In this document: one piece after another, positions 30,147 through 40,620 of the stretch
How positions within the stretch are numbered: position 1 is the stretch's first letter
How the letters are laid out: every line of letters starts with the position of its first letter
NCBI GenBank assembly: GCA_019058365.1
Contig: JAHPZE010000003.1
Coordinates: forward strand, 64,001 to 128,000
Direction of reading: 5' to 3'
Source of the DNA: Promethearchaeota archaeon
GTDB taxonomy: Archaea; Asgardarchaeota; Lokiarchaeia; Sigyniarchaeales; SOKP01
DNA: 64,000 nucleotides
Translations under genes and position numbers: made by a program
Notes under the pieces: generated by a model
Told to the model about the DNA's origin: nothing
Seen by the model: the letters and a program-made list of their open reading frames with translations, nothing else
Database searches by the model: none

Positions 30147-30397
30147 GTCTCGCATACTCAGTTCGCGTCACCGCGCCCTGATCTCGTTACTCAGCATCCC
30201 ATACATTCAAATTATAATGCTTCTCGCTTCATGCTCATGCATATGTCTACCCTCATGCTTCCGCTTCCACAATCAAGCACACACTTACACTCGCACTTAC
30301 ACTCCGATTGGCTTCCGGTTTTCACAGGAGAACCTTACCAATCACACTAACTTAAATACACAACATACCTCGCAACACTCTTTACACGAGATTGGCT
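30147..30397 (-). other. Supersized expansion segment ES39 (~250 nt)
   Basis: Lies between conserved flanks where H98 is normally very short; boundaries approximate. Confidence 0.8.
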
Positions 30398-30580
30398 GAC
30401 TATTTTCGGGTTTGGCTTCGTGCTTAGATGCTTTCAGCACTTATCCATTGGCGCGTGGCTGCCCGGCCTTACCTTGTCAGATAACCGGTACACTAGAGGC
30501 GCCGGCAAAATGTTCCTCTCGTACTGATTTTCCCTTGCCCTCAGTCAACCCACAAACCCAGTAGATAGAATCCGACCTGT

Positions 30581-31391
<811 letters not shown>

Positions 31392-31429
31392 TTAATGGGC
31401 GTACAGCCCCACCCTTGGAGGTTCTGCGC

Positions 31430-31460
31430 TGTGCTCCACTACGGAAACACATATGTGCGC
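31430..31460 (-). other. ~30-nt hairpin insertion at the tip of H91 (mini-intron or insertion)
   Basis: Extra sequence between CCTGG and CCAAGGG, bounded by direct repeat GCGCA, with internal stem TGTGTTTCC/GGAGCACA. Confidence 0.7.
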
Positions 31461-33380
31461 CTCCAGGATAGGAAGAGCCGACATCGAGGAAGCAAGCCAC
31501 GAGGTCGATAGGGACTCTTACTCGTGACAACTCTGTTACCCCCGGGGTAATTTTTCTATCACCTCAACCATCCACACGAGAAATGTTGAGGATCGCTAGA
31601 CCAGGCGTTAGCCTCAGGATTCCTTGGTGATCAGAATCCAGTCAGACCAGCTTATGCTCTTAAACTCTTCAGCGGATTCCTGACCCGCTTGAGCTGATCA
31701 TAGGTTACTCTAGATATTGTTTCTAGAGTGAGCCGCCCCAGCCAAACTGCCCACCTGCGGGTGTCCGACGCGGTATAGGCGCCGTTAGCGATTTCAAAGG
31801 GGAAAGCCGGTGTTCCAATTGTGCTCCGCCGCTACCGAGATAGCGACATCGACGCTCCCGACTACACTCTGTATCCAATTCAAAACCGCAGCAACAAGCT
31901 GCAGTAAAACTCCACGGGGTCTTCTCGTCCCACTGGGTTTCTCCGGACCGTTCGCCGGAGTGCAAGTTCAATCGTCAGGAGGCTGGGACAAGAGGGAGAA
32001 CGTTGGACCATTCATGCACGTCTGAACTTACCAGACAAGGCATTTGGCTACCTTAAGAGAGTTATAGTTACTCCCGGCGTTTAGCAGGACTTACTCGGGT
32101 TGTAACCCGGATTTATCAGACTGCCACTGGCCAGGTTTCAGCCACTGTAAACAAGTTTTCACTCTATCAGTGACCTATGTTTTTATTAAACAGTCGTCCC
32201 CCCCTAGTTATTGCAACTTGTGATCCCCCGCACACTGCCGAAGCTGCGTGTAGAAGATCGCAAGCAAGCCTTATCCCAAAGTTACGGCTCTAGTTTGTCG
32301 ATTTCCCTAGCCTCCTTTACACGAATACGCCTTAGGCTACTCACCTAGGGGCACCTGTGTCGGTTCTGGGTACGATCACGGCATTTCTTACTTGTGCTTT
32401 TTTAATAGGTCCTGGGATTGGCGGAACCTTCCACAATTGGATGGCTATTCATGATTTAAGCTGGGTCTAAGTATTACACTATTCACCAGCCTTATGCATT
32501 TAAATAGGGAAATATTCGACAGCCCTATTCCACCTACCCTGAACCGTCGGCACAAAGTCATGCGTTACCGCTATTTGTAGTGCCGTGGTACAGGAATATA
32601 AACCTGTTTCCCTTTCGCGTATACCAGTTAAGGGTACGCTTAGGATCGACTAACTCTTCGCTGACGACGCATTGCAAAGAAACCCTTGCCCTTTCGGCGG
32701 ATGGGATTCTAACCCATCTATGCTTTTACTATTACCAGGATTTTCACTACGAGCAGATCTACAGGAACTCACGCCCCTGCTTCTTCTCTACCCGCACGCT
32801 CCCCTACCAGATCACGGGGTTCTTCCGCCCGTGCTCTTGGGTCTCGGTGGCAGATTTGAGCCCCGTCCATTTTCGGGGCTATATTTCTCGGCAAATGAGT
32901 TGTTACACACTCGTTAGGGAATGGCTACTTCTATACCTATCCTTTTGCTGTTTTAGAAATATAACGCCCTTTAGTTTAACACTTAACCTGCACTTAGGGA
33001 CCTTAACCCAAGTCTAGGTTGTTCCCTTCTCGGCGATGGACTTTACGCCCACCAACCCGTTTCCCAGAGTCTACAGTGCCAGCAGTTTCGGAGTTTAAGA
33101 GTAAAGTGAGGAATTTCTTCCCCATGCTCCGCAATTAGTGCTCTACACCACTGGCTGCCTCGTCTGAGACTTGGCTGATACCAACTTCGGGGAGAACCAG
33201 CTATCACCGATCTAGATTAGCCTTTTGCTCCTATTCCCAGTTCATCCAAGCGAATTGCACGTCAACACTGGTGCAGACCTCCATCGCCCTTTCGAGCGAC
33301 TTCATCTTGACCAGGAATAGATCGACCGGCTTCGGGTATTATAGCAGAGACTTTTGGCCCTTTAAGACCATTCTTCTGGC

Positions 33381-33467
33381 TTAATTCCTTAGAAGGATTC
33401 GCTAAACGTTTTCAGAATGGCAGAACCACTCTTAAACGAATAGGTCTTCCTAATGTGATAATTAAGT
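33381..33467 (-). other. Enlarged expansion segment ES9 (~90 nt)
   Basis: AT-rich insert between conserved flanks in the H30-H31 region; boundaries approximate. Confidence 0.65.
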
Positions 33468-34309
33468 TGCAAGAATATTGGTTTCCCTATGCCTACGCGC
33501 CGTAAGACGCTTAAGCTTGCCACTACTATAAACTCCCTGGCCAATGATTCCAGACTGATGATGCGACCCTAGTCCTCTGTATTCTGACATTCTGTCACCA
33601 GAACTCATTCATGCAGAATCTGTCCTTTCAGGCTGCATCCTTAATAAGCTATTTGGTTTCAAGCACTTTTCAACGCCCTTCCGGGTTACTTTTCATCTTT
33701 CGCTCACGCTACTATTTCGCTATCGGTCTTGGGACATATTTAGATTTACCAGCGTGTATCTGGCATTTTCATACGAGAAAACCATCCCGCATTACTCGGG
33801 GACTCTCGCAGCAACCTTCTAGATTATGATTACGCGGCTGTCACGCTCTATGGCTCAACATTCCAGGGGTATTCATCTTCTCTAGGGAGGTCGTACAAGG
33901 CCCACACACCACATTTCCCATAGGTTTCCCTAGGGATTCAGTTTGATCTAATCCGCTTTCGCTCGCTGTTACTCACGGAATCACTATTGTTTTCTTTTCC
34001 TCCTGGTACTAAAATGTTTTACTTCCCAGGGTTCCCCTTCCCTCACCTTTCGGTTATGGGAATCTTGTGGATTATTGGGCCACAAGAGGATGTCCTATTC
34101 GAGAATCTTGGGGTCTACGTCTACATGCGACTAACCCAAGCTTATCGCAGCTTGTCACGCTCTTCATCGGTGCCCAAGCCAAGATATCCACCAAATAGCG
34201 GAGGCGTATTGGCGTCTAATTAAGGAAAGATTCAGATTGCTTGTATAAGGGTATGCGTATTCGGAGACAATAAGTCAATTGAGTATTCTTTAGAGATTAC
34301 TCAAAATCA

Positions 34310-34385
34310 TTAATGACGATTTGAGACGATAATAAGAAGACATAAATTAATATTAATTAGGGAGTATGTTCTTATGAGCATGATT
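34310..34385 (-). other. 23S 5' leader arm of the processing stem
   Basis: GGAGTATGTTCTTATGAGCA (34361-34380) and TTTGAGACGA (34320-34329) are reverse complements of the trailer blocks. Confidence 0.8.
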
Positions 34386-34870
34386 TTCCATGCTTGGCTC
34401 CGGTTTCCTCAAACCAACAAAAGTGCTTGTCGGTTTAAGCACTCACTTCCTGTAGTACCAATTTCAAGACAAAAGTCTTTATTGGTATACTTCAGTGAGG
34501 CCTATGCCAATTATCGGTCATATATCATCAGTAATAGATGAGATATTTTTGTAACCGATAACTTGTCGATGACATATAGGGTGTTTTTTATTCGACTCAA
34601 TTAATACCATCGACAAAATATTAGAATAAATCCTTGATTAAAAATTTTATGGTCTAATTTCAAAAATTTAAAAGGAGATGACAAATAGTTTGAGGTTTAT
34701 TAATTAAATGCTTAATAAAGAGCTAAAGCAAAAAAAAGGTGAATTAACGGAGAGTACAAATTAGAAAATATAGTAACTTTTATAGTTTAATTATGAATAC
34801 CTTAAATTATTATTAATGGACCTTTAAGATTTCGAAGGAAAGATGTAAAGCCTAATACGAATAGAGAGTA

Positions 34871-35743
34871 ATGACTGATAGAAAAATATTTGTGGGTACT
34901 TCAGGCTGGGGTTATGATGAATGGGTTGGTCCTTTTTACCCAAGAAATTTACGGAAAGAAGATTATTTGATGTATTATTCGGAGATTTTTTACACGAATG
35001 AGATAAATACTACTTTTTATAATATACCATCTCGATGGGTTGTAGAAAACTGGGTTAATAAAACACCACAAAACTTCTTATTCTCGGCAAAAATTCCTCA
35101 ATCAGTGACACATGAGCATAAATTAGATTCAAGAAATTGCTTAGATGATTTAGATAATTTCTTAAGGGCAATGGATCCATTAATTGAATCTAAAAAGTTA
35201 ATTGCTTTCTTAATTCAATTACCTCCCTCTTTTATAAAAAAGGAGCATTTCAATAGTTTAAAGGAATTTATTGATAACTGGCCCGGTGACCCTAAAAGCG
35301 AGAATTATCATTTAGTAATTGAGTTTAGGGATAAATCATGGATGGATGATGAAGTATTTAGGTTTTTAGAACAGAAATCATTAACATATTGTGCTGTGAT
35401 TGAGCCATTATTGCCTCCAAGGATGGATATTACGAATCCAGCTTTCGCATATGTTAGATTTCATGGTTATGGTAAAGAGATTTGGTTTGATTATTGTTTT
35501 ACTGAAGAGGAAATTAAAAAGTGGGCACACTCGCTTAAAGAGATAATTCCAAAAGTGGATAAAATTGGAATTTATTTTAACAATCATTTTTCAGGGTATG
35601 CTGCTAAAAACTCTCTGATGTTAATGAAGGAATTAGATGTTCAACCAAAAAAATCGCCAGAAGAGATCAATATTTTAGAAATTAAGAAAAAGACAGGAGA
35701 ATTTTCAAAAGGGCAAATAGGTCTAGATAAATTTTTAAAATAA
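34871..35743 (+). CDS. DUF72 domain protein
   Basis: VGTSGWGY..W.GPFYP, EINTTFY, FSAKIP, LIQLPPSF, YVRFHG, YFNN. Confidence 0.93.
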   Translation: MTDRKIFVGTSGWGYDEWVGPFYPRNLRKEDYLMYYSEIFYTNEINTTFYNIPSRWVVENWVNKTPQNFLFSAKIPQSVTHEHKLDSRNCLDDLDNFLRAMDPLIESKKLIAFLIQLPPSFIKKEHFNSLKEFIDNWPGDPKSENYHLVIEFRDKSWMDDEVFRFLEQKSLTYCAVIEPLLPPRMDITNPAFAYVRFHGYGKEIWFDYCFTEEEIKKWAHSLKEIIPKVDKIGIYFNNHFSGYAAKNSLMLMKELDVQPKKSPEEINILEIKKKTGEFSKGQIGLDKFLK

Positions 35744-35744
35744 A

Positions 35745-36773
35745 TTGGATGGGATACAACAGCTTTTGAATGAAAGAAGATTAAGAATTGGGTTTATTGG
35801 AGCTGGTTCAATAGGAAGTTTATTTGGTGGATATTTAGCAGACATTAAATCTAATATTTATTCAATAGAAATAATTTTTTTTTGTATGAAAGAGCATGCT
35901 AATGTGGTTAATAAGAAAGGGTTAAATGTATATAGAAATCAAAAGATCAACGTAATTAAAAACATCAAAGCTTATGAAAACGAAAAATCTATTGAGGAAA
36001 AGTTAGAAAGAGATTTGAATTTTGAATTTGATTTTGTTTTTCTTACAACAAAAGCATATGACATTAAAACAGCAATTCATCAATATAATAGAATCATTAA
36101 AGCGAGTAAATATTTAGTGATTTTACAGAATGGAATTGGCAATGAAGATATTGTGATTGAATATTGGAATAAGGCAAAGATTATTAGAGCGGTGACAACG
36201 AATGGAGCTTTATTGGAGAAACCAGGTCACTTAATTCATACAGGACGAGGTATAACTAAAATAGGATTTCCATTTCTTAGGGAACTTAATTTAGAAGAAA
36301 GTGAATTAGATCAAGCAAACTCGTATTTACTGTTATTGAGAGATATTTTAACTTTAGCTGATTTGGAAACTATTATAGTAGAAGATATAATCAAGGAAAG
36401 TTGGGAAAAAGCGTTGGTTAACATTGGGATCAACGCAATTGGGGCTTTAACTCGTTTAACTAATGGAGAGCTATTGGAAATTGAGGGATTAAAGTATTTC
36501 ATAGAGCAAGCAATTAGTGAAGCAATAAAAGTGGCGGAGATGAAAAACATTATACTTTCCAAAAAAGATTATTTATCAATAACCTATGATGTTCTTAATA
36601 AAACAGCAAATAATAAGAATTCAATGTTACAAGATATCTTAAATAGAAAGCCGACTGAAATTAATTTCTTAAATGGAAGAATCTTGAGGAACGCTGAGAA
36701 CTTAGGTATTAAAGTGCCCTATAATGAGCTTTTAACTTATTTAATAAGAGGTTTGGAAGACTCAGTTATTTAG
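35745..36773 (+). CDS. panE: Ketopantoate reductase
   Basis: GAGSIGS, TTKAYD, LQNGIG, WEKALVN..IN, NSMLQD, TEINFLNG. Confidence 0.92.
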   Translation: MDGIQQLLNERRLRIGFIGAGSIGSLFGGYLADIKSNIYSIEIIFFCMKEHANVVNKKGLNVYRNQKINVIKNIKAYENEKSIEEKLERDLNFEFDFVFLTTKAYDIKTAIHQYNRIIKASKYLVILQNGIGNEDIVIEYWNKAKIIRAVTTNGALLEKPGHLIHTGRGITKIGFPFLRELNLEESELDQANSYLLLLRDILTLADLETIIVEDIIKESWEKALVNIGINAIGALTRLTNGELLEIEGLKYFIEQAISEAIKVAEMKNIILSKKDYLSITYDVLNKTANNKNSMLQDILNRKPTEINFLNGRILRNAENLGIKVPYNELLTYLIRGLEDSVI

Positions 36774-37303
36774 TAATCATTTACATCTAAAGTCATAAAA
36801 TACGCATTTTCCCCGTCTCGATAATAGTTTTTTTTGATACTTTCAATTTTATAATTAAATTTTTCATATAATCTAATTGCGGTATAGTTCGACACTCTAA
36901 CTTCTAGAACGTATTCATGAATTTTGTATTTTTTTATTGCGGTCATACTATTTGCCAATAGTGATTTAGCAACTCCTTTTCTTCGATAACCTTCAGAGAC
37001 AGCGATAGAAACGAGATGTGCTTTATTTATATATTTTAGACTATTGGCAGAAGGAGCTTTTTCAACTCTCCACATAATATAGGCTATTATTTTTCCATGT
37101 TTATTTTGAGCTACTAAGAAGCATTCTGGAAAATCATCAAGTATACTTTTATAAAAGAAGTATGGATAATCTTCAGGTAATTCTTTTTCATTTACTTCAA
37201 TAACTTCATCTAAATCCTCAGAACTACATGTTCTAATAAAGAATTCTGAGGGATCATTGGTATTATTGAAAATATTTGTCTTGGTTTCCTTATTAGTTGT
37301 CAT
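36770..37303 (-). CDS. N-terminal acetyltransferase (Ard1/RimI-like GNAT)
   Basis: LPEDY, HLVSIAV, RRKGVA, LEVRVSN, YYRDGENAY. Confidence 0.88.
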   Translation of the reverse strand: MTTNKETKTNIFNNTNDPSEFFIRTCSSEDLDEVIEVNEKELPEDYPYFFYKSILDDFPECFLVAQNKHGKIIAYIMWRVEKAPSANSLKYINKAHLVSIAVSEGYRRKGVAKSLLANSMTAIKKYKIHEYVLEVRVSNYTAIRLYEKFNYKIESIKKNYYRDGENAYFMTLDVNDY

Positions 37304-37409
37304 TGGTATTTATGCTAAAGAATTTTTAAATATAAAATAGCCATAATAGTATATGGATTATAAAAATAAAAGCTTTTAAGTTTTTATGAATCAAAAACTA
37401 CAGATAATA

Positions 37410-38207
37410 TCAAATTTTTACTGCATCAAATGCTTTTTCTTTTTGTTTTTCAATATAATCAAGAATAAGATTCAGAGTATTTTGAATATTAAGTTTATTA
37501 TTAAAGTTTTTGACAATTTTTTCTAAATATGAGGGATTTAATTCTTTTAATTTCTTTGCGACGTTTATCATTTCTGGTATAGTTCTTACGATATTATCAA
37601 CAATAGTGATATCTGCCCATAAAGCTGTTCTGCTAAGAGGATTTAAGTCAACTGCGATAACTGTTTTATTTAATTTTTTCAAAGCTTCAGTTCTATCTCC
37701 GTCTTCTAAAGGAACCATGACTAAATCAGCATTTGCTATTAATTCTACATTTTTTCGATTGCTTTCAAGACCCTCAAGTTTGATCATTTTTTTGGGGTCA
37801 GTTCCATATATTATCGAAGCTCCTGCTTTTTGTAAAACATTTTTAATTGCTTGAATTCTACCTTTTTTTTGGTAAAATAAATTGATTTCAAGTGGAGCAT
37901 TCAAAATGTTCGATAATATTACGAGTTCATCTGGAACTAATGCGGCAACATTTCCATTTACACTTATGATAGGTCTATCGGCTAATAATATAGAAGCTAC
38001 AGCTGCTTCAATTGCTTTTTTGGCCACATCAGTAGTTTTTTCTCCTAAAATATAATCAAAACATTCTCCTCTTCCATGTGCAATTAACCCTGCCTCTGCA
38101 ACCACTAAATTTTTCATACCTTCGATTATTTTATGACGGTATTTTAGACTTTCATAACGGGGGTGAGACTTAGGAACTAGATGATCTTGGTTTTCGTTCG
38201 AAGTCAT
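37410..38207 (-). CDS. 4-phosphopantoate--beta-alanine ligase (phosphopantothenate synthetase)
   Basis: HPRYESL, GLIAHGRGECFDYILGE, SVNGN, VPLEDGDR, DLNPLSRT. Confidence 0.93.
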   Translation of the reverse strand: MTSNENQDHLVPKSHPRYESLKYRHKIIEGMKNLVVAEAGLIAHGRGECFDYILGEKTTDVAKKAIEAAVASILLADRPIISVNGNVAALVPDELVILSNILNAPLEINLFYQKKGRIQAIKNVLQKAGASIIYGTDPKKMIKLEGLESNRKNVELIANADLVMVPLEDGDRTEALKKLNKTVIAVDLNPLSRTALWADITIVDNIVRTIPEMINVAKKLKELNPSYLEKIVKNFNNKLNIQNTLNLILDYIEKQKEKAFDAVKI

Positions 38208-38295
38208 GAGATTTTAAAAATATTACTATTGTTCTTTATATAGATTGATATAAAGAAAAACTATTAATCTTTTGTATAATTTTAAAATTTTGTAG

Positions 38296-39576
38296 ATGAA
38301 TATGAGTTCATTAGCGAAAAAAAAGCCTAATGATTTGCGGATCTATAAAACAAAAAAACTATTAGACGATCTTAAAAAGAAAAAGGGCTTTCATACGGAA
38401 TTAATTACAGTATATATTCCTCATGATAGAAAAATTTCAGATGTAACAAATCATCTAAAAAATGAAATAAGTGAAAGTCAAAATATTAAATCAAAATTAA
38501 CACGAAAAAATGTATTAGATAGTATTTCTAGTCTTTTAGGGCAATTGAAAAACATAAATGATATTCCTGAAAATGGATTAGTTATGTTCTCTGGGGCTAT
38601 TCCCCAGAGTAATACACCAGGAACAGAGAGAAATGAAATGTATATTCTAGAACCTCCAGATAGAGTGGTGACTTTTAGATATCATTGCGCTAGCGAGTTC
38701 CTATTATGGCCTTTAGAGGAAATGTTAACTCCTAGTGATACATATGGCTTATTGGTTATAGGGAGAGCGGAATCTGCAATAGGTTATATTAAAGGTAATA
38801 AGGTTGAAGTAGTTAGAGAATTTACTTCAGGCATCCATGGGAAACATAGAGCTGGAGGTCAATCTCAAAAAAGATTTGAAAGGTTAATTGAAGAGGGAGA
38901 AAAACAATTTTACCGTAGAATTTCAGATTCGGTAAATGAACTTTTCTTAACCATGGAGAATTTAAAAGGTATATTTATTGGTGGCCCAGGCCAATCCAAA
39001 GAAAAATTTGTTAATGACGAGAGTTTAGACTACAGATTAAGAGAAAAAATTTTAGATGTAGTTGATCTTGGTTATGGGGGTTCCGAAGGGATTCGAGCAT
39101 TAATAGAAAAAGTGAAAGACAAAATTGAAGATGTGAAATATATTCAGGAAAAGCAAATTATGCAACGATTTATGAAAGAGATTTCAATTGATTCGGGTTT
39201 AGCATCCTACGGATTGGAAGAAATAAAAAGAGCATTAAATTATGGTGCTGTTGACACTTTAATGCTTTCAGAAAGATTAAATCTATACAAGATTAAATTA
39301 GAATGTTCTAATTGTGAATTTAGTGAATATAGAAATATTAAAGAAAATGAACTTGAAAAAATTAAGGGAGACATTCAAGGAGAAATTTGTCCTAATTGCT
39401 CATCAAATACATTCAATATCACTGAAAATAAATCAATCATAGAAGAACTAGGGGAAATTGCCGAATCAACTGGAACAGATGTAATTATCTTATCAACAGA
39501 AACTGAAGAAGGTGAAATGTTACAAAGTACTTTTGGAGGAATTGCGGCAATCCTTCGTTATAAAATTGATTATTAA
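38296..39576 (+). CDS. prf1: Peptide chain release factor aRF1
   Basis: NIKS, YHC, GKHRAGGQS, FGGIAAILRY. Confidence 0.97.
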   Translation: MNMSSLAKKKPNDLRIYKTKKLLDDLKKKKGFHTELITVYIPHDRKISDVTNHLKNEISESQNIKSKLTRKNVLDSISSLLGQLKNINDIPENGLVMFSGAIPQSNTPGTERNEMYILEPPDRVVTFRYHCASEFLLWPLEEMLTPSDTYGLLVIGRAESAIGYIKGNKVEVVREFTSGIHGKHRAGGQSQKRFERLIEEGEKQFYRRISDSVNELFLTMENLKGIFIGGPGQSKEKFVNDESLDYRLREKILDVVDLGYGGSEGIRALIEKVKDKIEDVKYIQEKQIMQRFMKEISIDSGLASYGLEEIKRALNYGAVDTLMLSERLNLYKIKLECSNCEFSEYRNIKENELEKIKGDIQGEICPNCSSNTFNITENKSIIEELGEIAESTGTDVIILSTETEEGEMLQSTFGGIAAILRYKIDY

Positions 39577-39631
39577 ATGAAATAAATACTCTAATTTGCA
39601 GGATAATTAAAATAAGGGTTTAGAATTCAAT

Positions 39632-40615
39632 ATGGAACTAAAAGATCAATTACTTACTTTAAAAATCATAATGTTTGGGGGGAAAGGTGGAGTTGGAAAA
39701 ACAAGTTGTGCTGCAAGTTCGGCAATATGGGCTGCAGAACATGGAAGAAATACATTAATTATTAGTACTGATCCCGCTCATTCTTTAGGCGATAGTTTAG
39801 GGGTTGATTTACCCCCTGGGATCCCTACTCCAATTGAAGATATTGAGAATTTAACAGCATTAGAAATTAATCCTAAAGCGAATATGGCTGAATTCAGGGG
39901 ATTAACAGATATGAACCCCTTAGAAGAAATGGGAATGGGAGATATGATGGGAGGGATGCCATTACTAGGTGATCTAGAAGACTTAGCTTCAATGAATCCT
40001 CCTGGAATTGATGAAGCTTTAGCTTTTGGTAAAATTTTAGAATTTATTGAGACCGAACATGATTATGATTTAGTTATCTTTGATACAGCCCCTACAGGAC
40101 ATACATTAAGATTCTTAAGTCTCCCAGAAACGCTATCTGGGTGGATAGGTAAGCTCATAAAAATGAGAATGAAATTAGGCAGCATGTTTGGGGCTTTAAA
40201 AAGGTTGTTTACACGTGAAGAAAAGAAAACAGATAATTCTTTGGATGTTTTAGAAAAGTTAAATCAATCAATAATAAACGCAAAAGATGATCTTACAAAT
40301 CCGATAAAGAATTCTTTTGTTATAGTAATGATTCCCGAAGAAATGGCTATATTAGAAACTGGACGATTACTTAATGAATTGGTTAAATATGAGATTCCCG
40401 TTTCTAATATTGTAGTGAATCAATTATACCAAGATATGACTGAATTATGTGATTTTTGTAAATCTAGACGAGAAATGCAACAAAAAAACCTTAGTAAGAT
40501 AAGGGAAATCTTTAAGAATAAATTAAATAAAATTTTAATTGAAGTTCCATTATTCAAGGAAGAAATAAGAGAATATGAGAAATTAAAAGAAATGGGAAAA
40601 TTTTTAATAAGATAA
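39632..40615 (+). CDS. Get3/TRC40/ArsA family ATPase
   Basis: GGKGGVGKT, STDPAHS, PGIDE, DTAPTGHT, Met-rich insert, CDFC. Confidence 0.92.
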   Translation: MELKDQLLTLKIIMFGGKGGVGKTSCAASSAIWAAEHGRNTLIISTDPAHSLGDSLGVDLPPGIPTPIEDIENLTALEINPKANMAEFRGLTDMNPLEEMGMGDMMGGMPLLGDLEDLASMNPPGIDEALAFGKILEFIETEHDYDLVIFDTAPTGHTLRFLSLPETLSGWIGKLIKMRMKLGSMFGALKRLFTREEKKTDNSLDVLEKLNQSIINAKDDLTNPIKNSFVIVMIPEEMAILETGRLLNELVKYEIPVSNIVVNQLYQDMTELCDFCKSRREMQQKNLSKIREIFKNKLNKILIEVPLFKEEIREYEKLKEMGKFLIR

Positions 40616-40620
40616 AATTA

